Position numbers and translations under genes: made by a program. The notes under the pieces were generated by a model. The model did no database searches. It saw nothing but the letters and a program-made list of their open reading frames with translations, and was not told the origin of the DNA. From Utricularia gibba (lineage: Eukaryota > Plantae > Magnoliophyta), in assembly GCA_002189035.1 (NCBI GenBank), contig NEEC01000009.1, positions 1,488,001 to 1,552,000 of the forward strand: DNA of 64,000 bases. Reading direction: 5' to 3'. Shown piece after piece: positions 1-12,401 of the stretch (position 1 is its first letter; the number at the start of each line of letters is the position of its first letter).

Positions 1-643
1 AAAGAAGAAGCGATCTTGTGACCTGTCAGAGGAAATTGTGGGGCCGGGGCAGGGGCGTTGTGGGGCCTATCTGTCGGAAAAAAGAATCTCCAAGTCCACG
101 TGGCGATACACAAAATTGTTACTGCATGTGGAAGGTTTTACTGTTTGCTTGTGACAGTTGTTGATTTTATATATTTCATTTGTGGGACCCCCAAAAAGTA
201 TTTTCGGTTAAAACGCACTCCAACTCTGGGCTGCAGTGCCAATGGGCCGAAATTGGGCCTTGTTTTGATCCGATTAAAACTCATCAATATTTGGATATTT
301 TCGAGCTATAAATATAATTAATTAATTATTGTGAGTTTATGTGAGCTGAAAAATAAAAGATGCCAATTTTTTTACATGATAATTCCTTATTTGAATGATC
401 ATTTTAGTTCCATATTAATGTTGTTGAATTGCAAATTAAATTTAAATAATTATTTTTATTTTCATAATATATTTACTATGAATTAAATATATTGTAAAAA
501 TATATAGGACATGTTTTTTATTTGAATCTTTGATTCAAATTATATAGAATATAATCAATTTTAAGATTATGTGAATATAGTCAGTTTGAAATTATTAAAT
601 TATTTTGTGTGATAAATAAAATTAGAATGTAAAATAATAATAA

Positions 644-648
<5 letters not shown>

Positions 649-698
<50 letters not shown>
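649..698. repeat. (TA)25 microsatellite in an AT-rich intergenic tract
   Basis: Uninterrupted TA dinucleotide run read directly from the sequence. Confidence 0.95.
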
Positions 699-702
<4 letters not shown>

Positions 703-1812
703 TTAATATATTAAGCGATTATGTATTTTAGGGTATATGAAATATCATATATTACATAAATATATGATATAAGTATATTTTTAGAATATATGAAATATGA
801 ATAATATAATTTTTTTAAAGATTAATATCTTATTTAGTATTTGAAATATAGATTTGATAAATTTAATAATTTTTAAAGTTAATGGCGAAATCTGAATTTA
901 AATTTACTGTAGAATAACTAAAAAGTAAATATTCAAAAATTAGTCTGAATCATTACCAAAGATTAAGAAAACAGAACAACCTCATATTCAATTCAAAATG
1001 GGTTGAAATCGATTTTTCAAGTGAGTGCATGAAATCAGCTTCTTTGATTGTGCTATGTTGCACCCTTAGCTTATGATCTCGATCATGTAACATGTACATG
1101 TGCATGGGATGCATGATCAGTCATGAAGTAGCTACCAGCTCGTCGGTGATGAGAAGAGTCTGGATAAGGGAATGATGATGATGGTGTGTATGGGGTGCAT
1201 GTGACAATTAGTTGTGGGTGGGGCCGTCCATGGCCATGCCTCCTTTTGTAAATGATGGGTGGGTGTGGGGACCACGTTTTGTGAATCAAGGTGTCATTAT
1301 TGGGTGGTTCTGTCATCCATTTCAAGACATGAACAGCAGCTACAAGCACCCGTCAACCGCATGACTCGCTGCGACAAATGTTAATGATTTGTGTGTGAAG
1401 CCGCCAAGAAGTTGCAGTCTTTAAGAAAAATGAAGTTATCGGGGAATGGAAATCGTGCATTGAGTTGAATACAGGGTGATTAATTGGAAGGGGCATTCCC
1501 CTACCGTCGCTCTACCTGGGGTCACCGTACCGTGTTCCGGGAGGGTTGTCTGGCACCCCTTCTTGACTTGGGAAGGGCTGCGGCGGCGGAGCTACGGTCA
1601 GTGAAGGGGGTTGCGTGTGGGTGCCGGCGCCATTCCGTAGTGTGTGCAGGGAAAGGAAACTGATTTTGGGGGCGAAAAAGGCGCGCCATTTCTATTTCTT
1701 TAAGTGTAAAGGTAGAGGGAGGTAGGCTGTTCGTTGAAGCAACGCCATGGAATAAGCCGGAGGTTGTTTAAAAAGCAATCCCAGGAGAATTCTGCGGCGG
1801 ATTTGGAGGAAA

Positions 1813-4800
1813 ATGGCTCAAGGGGATAAAATGTCGGCGACTGTATGTGTGATTGTGCTTTTGGGATGTGTTACGCAGTTCTCCGCTGCAGCCAACGTGA
1901 CGTATGACAACCGTGCGGTGGTGGTCGACGGCCGGAGGCGGCTTCTGGTTTCCGGATCCATTCATTACCCTCGCAGCACCCCTGAAGTTAGTCTTTTGTT
2001 GCTATAAAAATGAAAACTTGAGCTTCGATTATTGGTGGGTTCTTGATTCCCAATGTGAAACAGATGTGGCCAGATTTGGTTCGCAAGACCAAGGAAGGAG
2101 GTTTGGATGTGATTCAAACCTATGTTTTCTGGAACTTGCACGAACCTGTTAGAGGCCAGGTTACCATATTCCTTTTATCTTTCCCTTCATCACTAAAGAA
2201 GTCGAATTGAGGGGTTTGTGTTGAAATGCTTTTGGACTAATTCGTGTCATTGTGTAGTACGACTTTGAGGGAAGGAAGGATCTGGTGAGGTTCGTGAAAG
2301 TAGTTCAGGAAGCAGGTCTCCTGGTTAATCTTCGCATTGGACCCTATGTGTGCGCTGAATGGAATTACGGGTTTGAATCTACATGACTCTGTTGCTCTTC
2401 TTTGGTTTCAGCTGTGATGATACTGGGTATGAATCCTGTTTTCCTTTTCTTCTTATGAAGTGGGTTTCCCGTGTGGCTGCATTTGATACCAGGAATCGCA
2501 TTTCGAACTGATAATGAACCATTCAAGGTGGGTGATCATGTTCAATGTCTGCTCACTGAGTCCTGCAATTGAATGCTAGAAATATGGTGTTTCTTCTTGA
2601 CTTACAGGCGGAAATGAAGCGATTTACAGCCAAGATTGTGGACTTGATGAAGCAAGAAGGTCTGTATGCTTCCCAAGGAGGGCCTATAATTCTGTCTCAG
2701 GTGAGGAAGAGTCTTGTAATCCCCTGATTCTTTCAGCATTCTGGTAACCTTGTCTGGATTGTGTCCTTCTACCATTGCCAGATTGAAAACGAGTATGCGG
2801 ACATTTCTTCTCCTTATGGTAGTGCTGCAAAATCATACGTAAACTGGGCTGCATCAATGGCAGTGTCATTGGACACGGGTGTCCCATGGACGATGTGCCA
2901 GCAGCGTGATGCTCCTGATCCTATCGTATGTCAACTCATACTGGTTGTTGCTGAAGTCGATTCAAGGTGGGATGGAACAACTCATCTGCTCTTCTGTTTC
3001 GAATTCCTGCAGATAAATACTTGCAATGGGTTCTACTGCGATCAGTTCACTCCCAATTCCATCAAGAAGCCCAAGCTTTGGACAGAGAACTGGAGTGGAT
3101 GGTATGCATTTTGTGATTCCTTGATTCTGCTCAGAGTTTCTGAACGGCAGCATACCACCAGGTTTTCTTCCTTCGGAAATGCACGGCCATACAGGCCTTC
3201 TGAGGACCTTGCCTTTGCGGTGGCTCGTTTCTACCAACTCGGTGGCACTTTCCAGAACTACTACATGGTAACTAGACTCCCTCCTTTTACCTGTATTGTT
3301 CTGTGCAGCATTGATTCTGTCTTGAGATCCTTAGAAAGCTTTTCAACAGTACCATGGTGGGACTAACTTTGGGAGAACCTCCGGGGGACCTTTCATCACA
3401 ACAACTTATGATTATGATGCTCCAATTGATGAGTATGGTATGGAATTTCACGTCTAGCTTCAAGATTCTTAACCTGACCTGTTCTGTTGGGTTGAAGGCC
3501 TTATCCGACAGCCGAAATGGGGTCACCTTAGAGATGTACACAAGGCCATAAAGCTGTGTGAAGATGCATTACTTGCCACTGAACCAAAAACCACATCTCT
3601 TGGAACAAACTTGGAGGTGCTTGTCACTACGCCATTTTGTGAATCAGGCCATGTTTTTTCCTTTCATACAATATCCTGATTCCTGTTTCAGGCGACAGTT
3701 TATGAGACTGAATCAGGGCAATGTGCTGCTTTTCTTGCAAACACGGGAACAGAATCTGGCACGACTGTGAACTTCAGGGGCAGGTCCTATGACTTGCCTG
3801 CTTGGTCTGTCAGTATTTTACCCGACTGCAAAAATGTTGCTCTAAACACTGCTAGAGTATGCATCTCAAGACCATGAAATATTTCTTGTTTCTGCTCACA
3901 CTCTGCTAACATGCACGCATCATTCGGCAGATCAATGCTGTGTCCACCTTGACCAAGTTCATCTATCATCCTTCGAAAGTTGGCACTACAGCTATAGATG
4001 CAAGCCTCTCTGACTGGAGTTGGATAAAAGAACCTGTTGGAATTTCGACAGACGGATTGTTCACAAAGCATGAATTGCTGGAGCAGATAAAAACCACTGC
4101 GGATCACAGTGACTACCTGTGGTATTCTACGAGGTGAGAAATTCTCCTAAATCATCACTTTATCTACCAAAAAAATACCAGATCCTAAAATTTCTTCACC
4201 AGCTCAGCATTGAGACAGAAGATGGCCATCAGGCATCTCTTCATGTTGACTCCCTTGGCCACGTGCTTCATGCCTTTTTGAATGGGAAATTTGTTGGGAG
4301 CGGGAAAGGAAATCCAGGCAACATCAAAGTTTCGATAGACATTCCTGTGACTCTTGTTGCTGGAAGAAACCAGATAGATCTCTTGAGTGTGACAGTGGGA
4401 TTGCAGGTATAGATTCTGTGAGTGACAGTCTGCCATGTATTCTCTGATTTTTTTTTTTTTTTTTTTTTACTCCAATCTTGTTGATGCAGAACTACGGGTC
4501 ATTCTTTGACATAATCGGAGCAGGTGTTACTGGCCCTGTGCAGCTTAAAGGCCTGCAGAATGGATCAGCCATTGATCTATCCACCCAGGAGTGGTCATAT
4601 CAGGTCATACTCCTCAAGCTGGTTGTGTGCATATTAAACACGTGTCTAGAAGCCATGAATAGCTTTCAACTTTGGAACAACTGTCTTGTTTGATTCCCAG
4701 ATTGGTCTGGAAGGAGAAGAGCAAGGCTTCTCCAATGGAGGCTCCTCATTGTGGACAGCACAATCTGATTTACCAAAGAATCAACCTTTGGTATGGTATA

Positions 4801-5599
4801 AGGTAAGATTTTTCTGCTGGATGTACTTTCAAATGCAGTAAATCATCTGTTGCATCCTGCTCGATAGACTACCTTCGATGCCCCGGTGGAAGCAGCCCTG
4901 TTGCAATAGACTTCACCGGCATGGGAAAAGGCATAGCATGGGTGAATGGGGAAAGCATCGGGCGATACTGGCCAACAAACGTAGCTAGTAATGCTGGCTG
5001 CTCTGATTCTTGCAACTACAGAGGTTCCTATAGCTCCAACAAATGTCTGAAGAACTGTGGAAAGCCTTCTCAGCAGCTGTAAGACCCCAAGTGAATTCCT
5101 GATGATATGTATATATAAAACGATGGTCTTTTTAACTTTGTCTTCATTTCAGCTACCATGTCCCCCGGTCTTGGCTCAAGCCAAATGGAAACATCCTTGT
5201 TCTGTTCGAGGAAACCGGAGGTGATCCCACAAAACTAGCTTTCGCCACACGTGAAACGCAGCGCGTGTGTGCTGTGGTTTCTGAGAGCCACCCTTCCCCA
5301 GTTGAAACATTCATAGAAGAAAGGACAGGAGCAACAGGAGAATCTGGCCCTGTTCTTTCCATTGCCTGCCCTCAACAAAGCAAGTGATATCCAAATTCAA
5401 CTTCGTAAGCTTTGGAACCCCTCAAGGAACTTGTGGGAGCCTGAGCCACGGACAATGCAGCAGCGAAACCGCTCGTCCCATCATTGAGAAGACATGCCTG
5501 GGATTAAGAAATTGCAGCGTTAGAGTCTCTACAAGTCTTTTTGGTAAACCGTGCAGGGGAATCATGCACAGTTTAGCTGTCGATGCTTCATGCACATAA
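1813..5599 (+). CDS. BGAL8: GH35 beta-galactosidase with C-terminal SUEL lectin domain, BGAL8-like; multi-exon; two apparent -1 frameshifts
   Basis: Signal peptide then [31 protein letters not shown]; spliced exons give [58 protein letters not shown] and end [13 protein letters not shown] sites traced for most exons. Frame breaks at ~4881-4884 and ~5382. Confidence 0.93.
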
Positions 5600-6059
5600 G
5601 TCGTGTGTGACAGCAGTAAACAGACAGCAGAATATCAATAAACAAGAAACAAGAGTATGAGAGCAAAACCATGTATTATGAATTTGCTCTTCTTCCGTAC
5701 TGCGGTTTCTTGCTGAAGCACACCATATCAGATGCAAAAGTAGTATCTGATGGTGGTTTTACATCTATATCCGCAGGCCTATTTATCTCTGTGTTCACAA
5801 AAGTCAATCCACATTCCCTCTACATTTTTATGATCCCTGACTTTTGAGTCATTCCTCCAGGGGACCATAAATCTGTGTTTCGATGCAATTTCAACAGGAA
5901 GAAAAATATCAGCTTTCTAGCCTTAGGTGGCTGGAACTTCAACCAAGTTACCAATTTACACTTGAATACTCCTAGAAAATCAATCACTCATAAACGATGA
6001 AAACCAAGATGGATGTGGATAAGGAAACTTGCCGGGATCTGTAGAATACAGTTTTGCCA

Positions 6060-7084
6060 ATGTTTCAGACTTTTCCGGGAGTGTTAGCGGCGGTGGCGCA
6101 TCTCTCTGCTGGTGGTATCGCGGCGGTCCTGGTAGACTTTGACTATACTCACAACCCAACATTTCAGTCCGATAAGCAGCCGCAGTTGACCACTAAGGCT
6201 GTACCCTTCACCCTCCGATTGCGATCGTCTTGGTTGTTGTCGTTGCAGCACTATTTGCCTGCGTAACCTGTTGTATCTGCATCCGTCACCGCCGCAGATC
6301 CAATGTTTCCGTTGCGGATTTGCACACCGCCGCCACGCAGAAGTGTGGGCTGGGTCGGGAAGACATTGACGCGTTCCCAGCATTCTATTACTCTGAAGTC
6401 AAGGATCGTAAGATCGGGATGGGCGCGTTGGAGTGCGCCGTGTGCCTGATCGAGTTCGAGGATGCAGACAAGCTTACATTGTTGCCTAAGTGTGATCATG
6501 TTTTCCATACGGAGTGTATCGGCGATTGGCTAGAGCACCACATCACGTGCCCTGTTTGCCGATCGGATTTGACGGAGGCAGCGACGGACGAGATTACGAA
6601 GAATGATGAGAGCGGTTTTAGGCAAGGTGAGATCGCCTTACAAGTGGATGAAATTCAAATGGCGGACGGCGAAACCGTCGGAAAACAGAAAGCGTTCGAT
6701 ATGTCGAAGTTCAGATCTCACACCACCGGCCATTCTCTTGCGGTTTCCGGGGAGAATTTTGACCGATTCACTCTGAAATTGCCCACCGGAGTGAGGAAGG
6801 AGGTTATGAAGCGCTCTTCAATGAACCGAACCAGAAGCTCCGTCTCCGGGAAATCCGGCTTCAATGGCGAAAGTGATCGCCGCAGCGCAAGCTTTAACCA
6901 ATGGTTCCGGAGGTCGATGAAGTCAGATCGACAGGCCATTTTCACAAGAACGATTTCGATGTTTTCTCCGAAAGCAGAGACCGACGGCGGCGGTGGAAGC
7001 AGCGATTTCCGTGGTGGCGGCCGCGCGACCAGGAGAACTAAATCTCTTAAAATGTTGAACCGCCAAGACGTGAATGAGTTATGA
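6060..7084 (+). CDS. ATL-family RING-H2 E3 ligase (ATL6/ATL31-like), intronless; apparent -1 frameshift at ~6211
   Basis: Hydrophobic [13 protein letters not shown] segment, GLD-like [16 protein letters not shown]2 CAVC...CDHVFHTEC...CPVC, and C-terminal RSHTTGHS / DRFTLKLP motifs. The N-terminal ATG at 6060 is in a different frame from the 6230..7084 ORF. Confidence 0.85.
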
Positions 7085-7273
7085 TCAAGATTTTAAAAAA
7101 TAGTATGTGATATGCCAATAAATTGGAAAATATTTAATATTTCCACACAATTACATTTTTAATGTTTATTTGGTGCATAAAAATCGAAAATAAAATACAT
7201 TATTTTTTAACACGGGTTTGGGGGGCGGTGACTTGAAATTTCCTCGTCAATACACCCTAAAAAATAGTCACCG

Positions 7274-10200
7274 ATGGACACCAACGATGCCGCCGGTTTA
7301 TCGGAAGTCGCCGTAACTTCTGCCTCTGGCGGCGCTGTTGAATTTCCAGAGAAGAGGAAGCGGGAATCGGAGACTGAGCCGAATGCCCAAGCAGATGCGG
7401 CTCCTCAGCCGCGTCATCCACTGTGGAAAACAAGCCTCTGTTCCTACTACCGGAGCAATGGGGGATCATGTCGTCATGGAGACTCATGTAGGTTCGCTCA
7501 CACCGAGGAGGAGCTCCGGGTACGGCCGGATAACACATGGGACCCGACTTCCGAGCGCGCTAAGAAGATGGCAAAGACGGAAGTGAATGAAGCGGAAGAA
7601 GAAGAAGCTGTTATGATGACGGAAGCGTTAGAGGAGGGAGGTAATTTTTCCGGCGGCTTGTCGAGATGTTTTGTCAATTTGCCTATGAAGTGGACTTCGG
7701 ATAACTTGAGGAACTTCCTTAACGAGAAGGTTGCAACTTCGCTTCTAAGAACGCATTTGAATTATGGGCACTTGACAATTTCTGGTGAATTGCTCATGAA
7801 TAGGATTGTTTGAACTATATTCTATCAATAGCCATTGTTATTGCTACAGGCGGTTCCCTTTGTGTCGGCCAAGAAGAAGAAGGGCATGATTGCTGGATTT
7901 GTTGCTTTTGAAACTGCCGAGCAAGCGAAGGCTGCGGCAGAAGTATGTATCTTCAATCACATTTTATTTCTAGGATTCACAAAATTGAGAAGTAGCTTTT
8001 TATCTCGTTGAATGTTCAGGAGCTGAATGGGACATCCATTGGCAATAACAGAACTTTGAAGGTTGCGGATGTTCTTCCACGATCATTCGAGAAAAATAAC
8101 AAAGTTACATTACCTCAGATGTCCAACCAGACCATAGAAGATCCATTGCCAGACAGCGATCCTGCTAGTTTAAAGAAGGATACCAACAATGATGAAGCTG
8201 AGTTCGATGATCTTAGTTTGGCTGGAAATTGTTCCATCTTAAAGGGTAGAACCGCCCGTGCTGTTGTGACTCCTCTTGCTGACATGCCCTACCCTGATCA
8301 ATTGGAACACAAGAAAAATTCTCTAGCACAATTGCTTAAAAAACTTGTTAGTAACTCCTCTGCATTTGATGAACCGATTTTACTTCTTTTACTCATTAAA
8401 TCTTGCACATAGTCTATTGGAATCATTACTTATGCTTTGCATTTATAGACTAGAAATGCTCGAAAGGCTTGTGGAAATGGTATCATACTTCCCGAGTGGA
8501 TCCAGAAATCTAGAGAAAGAGGTAACAGAGCTGAGTATGGAGCAATTTTATTATTTCTTGAATATTTAAACATGGTAAAGAAGCTGAAATGTCTAATAAT
8601 TTTTTCACCTGACTTGACTGCTGACATGTAGGCGGTCTTCCTTGTAACTTTGAGGGTATAATTGAATCACCTATTGTTTTTGGATACCGCAACAAGTGTG
8701 AGTTCTCAGTTGGACATTCTTTGGATGGAAAATGCACAGTTGGTTTTTTGTTGGGAAACTTCAGGTGATCTGTGGCTAACAAGAGTTTATGTTATTTAAG
8801 TTGTCTTCTAAAACCGAGAAATATGAGTATATGTTGTGCAGGGAGGGTGTCACAGCTGTTGAGGAACCAGTGAACTGTCCAAATGTTTCCCAAATTGCCT
8901 GCAAATATGCCCGCCTCTTTCAAGAATTTTTACAGAATTCCTGCTTTCCTATTTGGAACAGATTGAACAATACTGGATTCTGGCGCCAACTTACGGTACA
9001 TTTCATGAAATTGTAACAAAGTTGCAATATTGTCAAGTTTCTTCTTACACTATGGATTTTTCAGAATAAATGTTTGTGCGCTTTTAACTAGGTTCGTGAA
9101 GGCAGGAAACCATATAGCAACGTTGTAGATGGAGAACCTGTCATCTCAGAGGTCATGCTCATAGTTCAGGTATGCCTGCATTTTTTGCTTTGTTAAACAG
9201 CTGTCCAGTAGACTCACTCCAGGTATCATAGTTCTTTGCTTTGGGATAATCTCTGTGCACCATGTGCTTGCCGTTCAAAGATCTTCTTTGCTTTCTGAAT
9301 CCTATTCCGTTCCATCCAAAAAAAATCGTTCGGATATAGGTGTGCACAGTTGGCTTTGAGGAGACACAAGTAAAGGATGAAATCGAGCGCTTGAAAAATG
9401 CATTCTCTTTGGGATCTGCGGAAGAAACTCCTCATTTGCCTCTTTCAAAACTTGTGATTCAGGTGAGAATTTGAAAGCCGATAAGTTTAGGATTAAGATA
9501 CGTGTTATTTTTGTGCTACTACACTCTGCTGCTTCATCTCACCCTTTAGCTCCGCATTAGATTGTAGTCCCTTGATTGAATGAATCACAACAATTTAATT
9601 TCTTTCATAATTGTGCAGGATCATACTGGAATATCAAATGTGGCACCTTCTGACGCCAATCTCAGATACGTGTTCATCTCCAGAGAAGGAGACTCTGGAC
9701 TCAGTCTTGCTGATGATAGTGTTGAACCAAGAATTCATGATCATATTAGCAAACTGAGATTTTCCATCTCCCCATCTGCTTTCTTTCAGGTAAATCACAT
9801 AATCATATTTTTTAGAATTCGGGTAGTGTTGTCTTTCCCCAATAGCAATGAAAAAAAGATGGTTTCCTTGAATCACTCTATATTAATGCCTTTCGCCACC
9901 TCTCAGGTTAACACACTTGCTGCCGAGAAATTGTATTCTCTTGCTGGGGACTGGGTTGGCTTAGGGCCGGACACATTGCTCTTTGACATTTGCTGTGGCA
10001 CTGGGACAATTGGTGTTACGTTAGCCCATCGTGTTGGTATGGTAATGATTGAATGCTCACTTTGGGATCTTCCTTCACCCTCTTGCCCATTCTTCTTTGT
10101 CTACTGTGAATCTGATCGCTAAGATGATCCCACAGGTCGTTGGTATTGAAATGAACGCCTCTGCAGTTCTGGACGCTCAAAGAAACGCAGAGATCAACGG

Positions 10201-11000
10201 CACGAAAAACTGCAGATTTGTCTGTGGGAAGGTTGGCTTTCCTTCCCGGAGAATTGGAACATGTGTTAGGTCCCTTAATGTTTTCTCTCGTGTTACAGGC
10301 TGAGGATGTTATCGGTCAGCTGATGAAGCAGTATCATGTATCCCCTGCTCAAAATCCCGACAATGAACCGCGGGACTCCGGTGAGGCGGTTGACGGTGCT
10401 CCTGAGTCGGAGGCTAGCAGCCGCACCATCAATGGCTCGGAAAAGAATAGCAAGAGCGCGGAGGACGAAACCTGTTCGCCCCAGCAATTCAAAAACGTCG
10501 TAGCTATAGTGGATCCGCCTCGTGCGGGACTGCACCCCACTGTGAGTACCATTCTGTACCGTTTCGGTTTCATATCCCCCGGCATGACTAATCCTCGGAC
10601 GCTGCGATCCGAGTGCAGGTGATCAAGGTCTTGCGGACGCAGTCTCAGCTGAAGCAGCTCGTGTAAGTTGATCATTCTCATCCAATACACAATCTCTCCT
10701 CGCTCCAACACCCCATTGAAGCCATTCTTATGATCCAGCTACATTTCCTGTAACCCGGAAAGTCTGGTCGCAAACGCCATCGAGCTCTGCACGCCATCCC
10801 CGCCCGTCGACGACGGGGGCAATGACAAGAAGAAGAACAACAGGATGCGTGGATGGAAGAACATGACTGCTGCAAGTCTAGCCAGGCACCGTGCCAAGTC
10901 CATGCCCAACTCCGAGCCGTTCACCCCGGTGAAAGCCATGGCGGTGGATCTTTTCCCCCACACCCCACACTGCGAACTAGTCATGCTTCTCCAAAGGTAA
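7274..11000 (+). CDS. CCCH zinc-finger / TrmA-family tRNA (uracil-5-)-methyltransferase (TRM2-like)
   Basis: WKTSLCSYY...CRHGDSCRFAH CCCH finger; SAM-binding LFDICCGTGTIG; IVDPPRAGLH; catalytic YISCNP; ends DLFPHTPHCELVMLLQR*. The exons traced splice in phase. Confidence 0.92.
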
Positions 11001-11411
11001 CCAACCAATCCCTTCTACTCTGATGGATTCAGATAATCTACTTGTGCCCTTATTTAGATTCCTTTGAAATAAAGGGCTGTGGTGAAATTTGTGCTAGAGG
11101 GGCCTATACTTCTGAATATTTTCAAAACAGGCCTGTAGCATGGGCCTATTCATTGAAAAAAAAATTCCGAAAAAAAGTGTTGTATTAATAAAAAATGGAA
11201 GAATGCAACTCCTATAGCATCACTGAATTGCATCTCAGAAGTCTGAACCGACACGCAAAAAACATGAAGTAGGATATATGGGAATGTAAAATCTAACCGG
11301 CGGATCGGAAAGCGGACGGGAGTAAAATATGAATGATGTCATGTGTGTAGTAGTAGTGGTGTGAATCGAGAATCGAGCGACCTGCGTTGTGTCCTTGTTC
11401 TAGATGATGAC

Positions 11412-11848
11412 TCACCGACCGCCGTAAGTGTACTGCGACCGCCGGATATTCTCGCGTCTCCTGCGGTAAATCAAGAATCCTCCGACGATAACTCCCGCGG
11501 CTAGGATGACACCGAGACCTATCCCTGCCTTGCTCCCCGCGCTCATCTCATGACCGGAATCTGTATCATCCGCATTCGTGGAAGCGGAGCGGTTGAAGTT
11601 CCCGGCGTCGCAGACGGTGGGGGCGTTGGAGTCGGCGAGCCACTGTTGGCGTCAGATGGAGACAGAGAAAGCGGATCTGGCTGGGGATTGGGCGGGGAGT
11701 AAGGGATACGGCTTGGGGAAGGGGATTGGAGCGGCGCCGGGGACGGGGACGGAGAAGTTGGCACCGGCGGCGAATCCGCGGTGACAGCGAGAAGAAGGAG
11801 CGCGGAGAAGAGAAGTCCAACGAGCAGAGAGGCGGAGCGCGATGCCAT
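11412..11848 (-). CDS. Small Pro/Ser-rich (AGP-like) single-pass membrane protein; apparent -1 frameshift at ~11600-11625
   Basis: MASRSASLLVGLLFSALLLLAVTA signal peptide and SP/AP repeats. A second frame gives MSAGSKAGIGLGVILAAGVIVGGFLIYRRRRENIRRSQYTYGGR*, a TM helix plus the basic tail recalled for the At2g28440-type family. Confidence 0.8.
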
Positions 11849-12401
11849 CGGATGCGAAACGAAGAAAATGTGAAGACGCAGCAGATTCGGTTGCGAAAAC
11901 CTGGAAGACACAAAATGCTCGCTCCACTTCCCTTCACCATTACGGCACACGTATATTTATCTTAAACTCGGTTGAAAAAAAAATACGAATCTTTTATTAT
12001 TTACAGTTTAACCACAATTCTTATTATTATTATTTTCTGGTCCTCATCCGACATCCATTAACCATTTTTTTACACTAATTTACTGAAAATGGTGAACAGT
12101 ATCTGAGGGTTGACTTGGGTCTTCTTAGTTAAGACATGAACAAGGTCAACTGAAGTGCCTAAATATCTGGGAATGAGAACATGCATTGAAAATTTGGGAG
12201 ATTCGAATCTGTAGGGGGTGGGTTTTCTTTGAACACGTGATCCAGGTCATAAGGAATGCCAGCAAGTTCCACCTTCATCCAACCGCCATCTCAAATCCAC
12301 AGTTATTTTTTTTTACTACTGTGATTAAGGAAAAAAAAACTAGGAGGTATGATCTTGAAACATCAGTGAACACAGTTAGATTCTCTTGGCTGCTTCCTTG
12401 T

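Noticed and set aside
300-1000. Transposon or Helitron in the AT-rich tracts (also 30960-31240, 55740-56200, 60800-61320)
   Set aside because: No terminal repeats, target-site duplications or transposase/RT coding sequence could be identified by eye.
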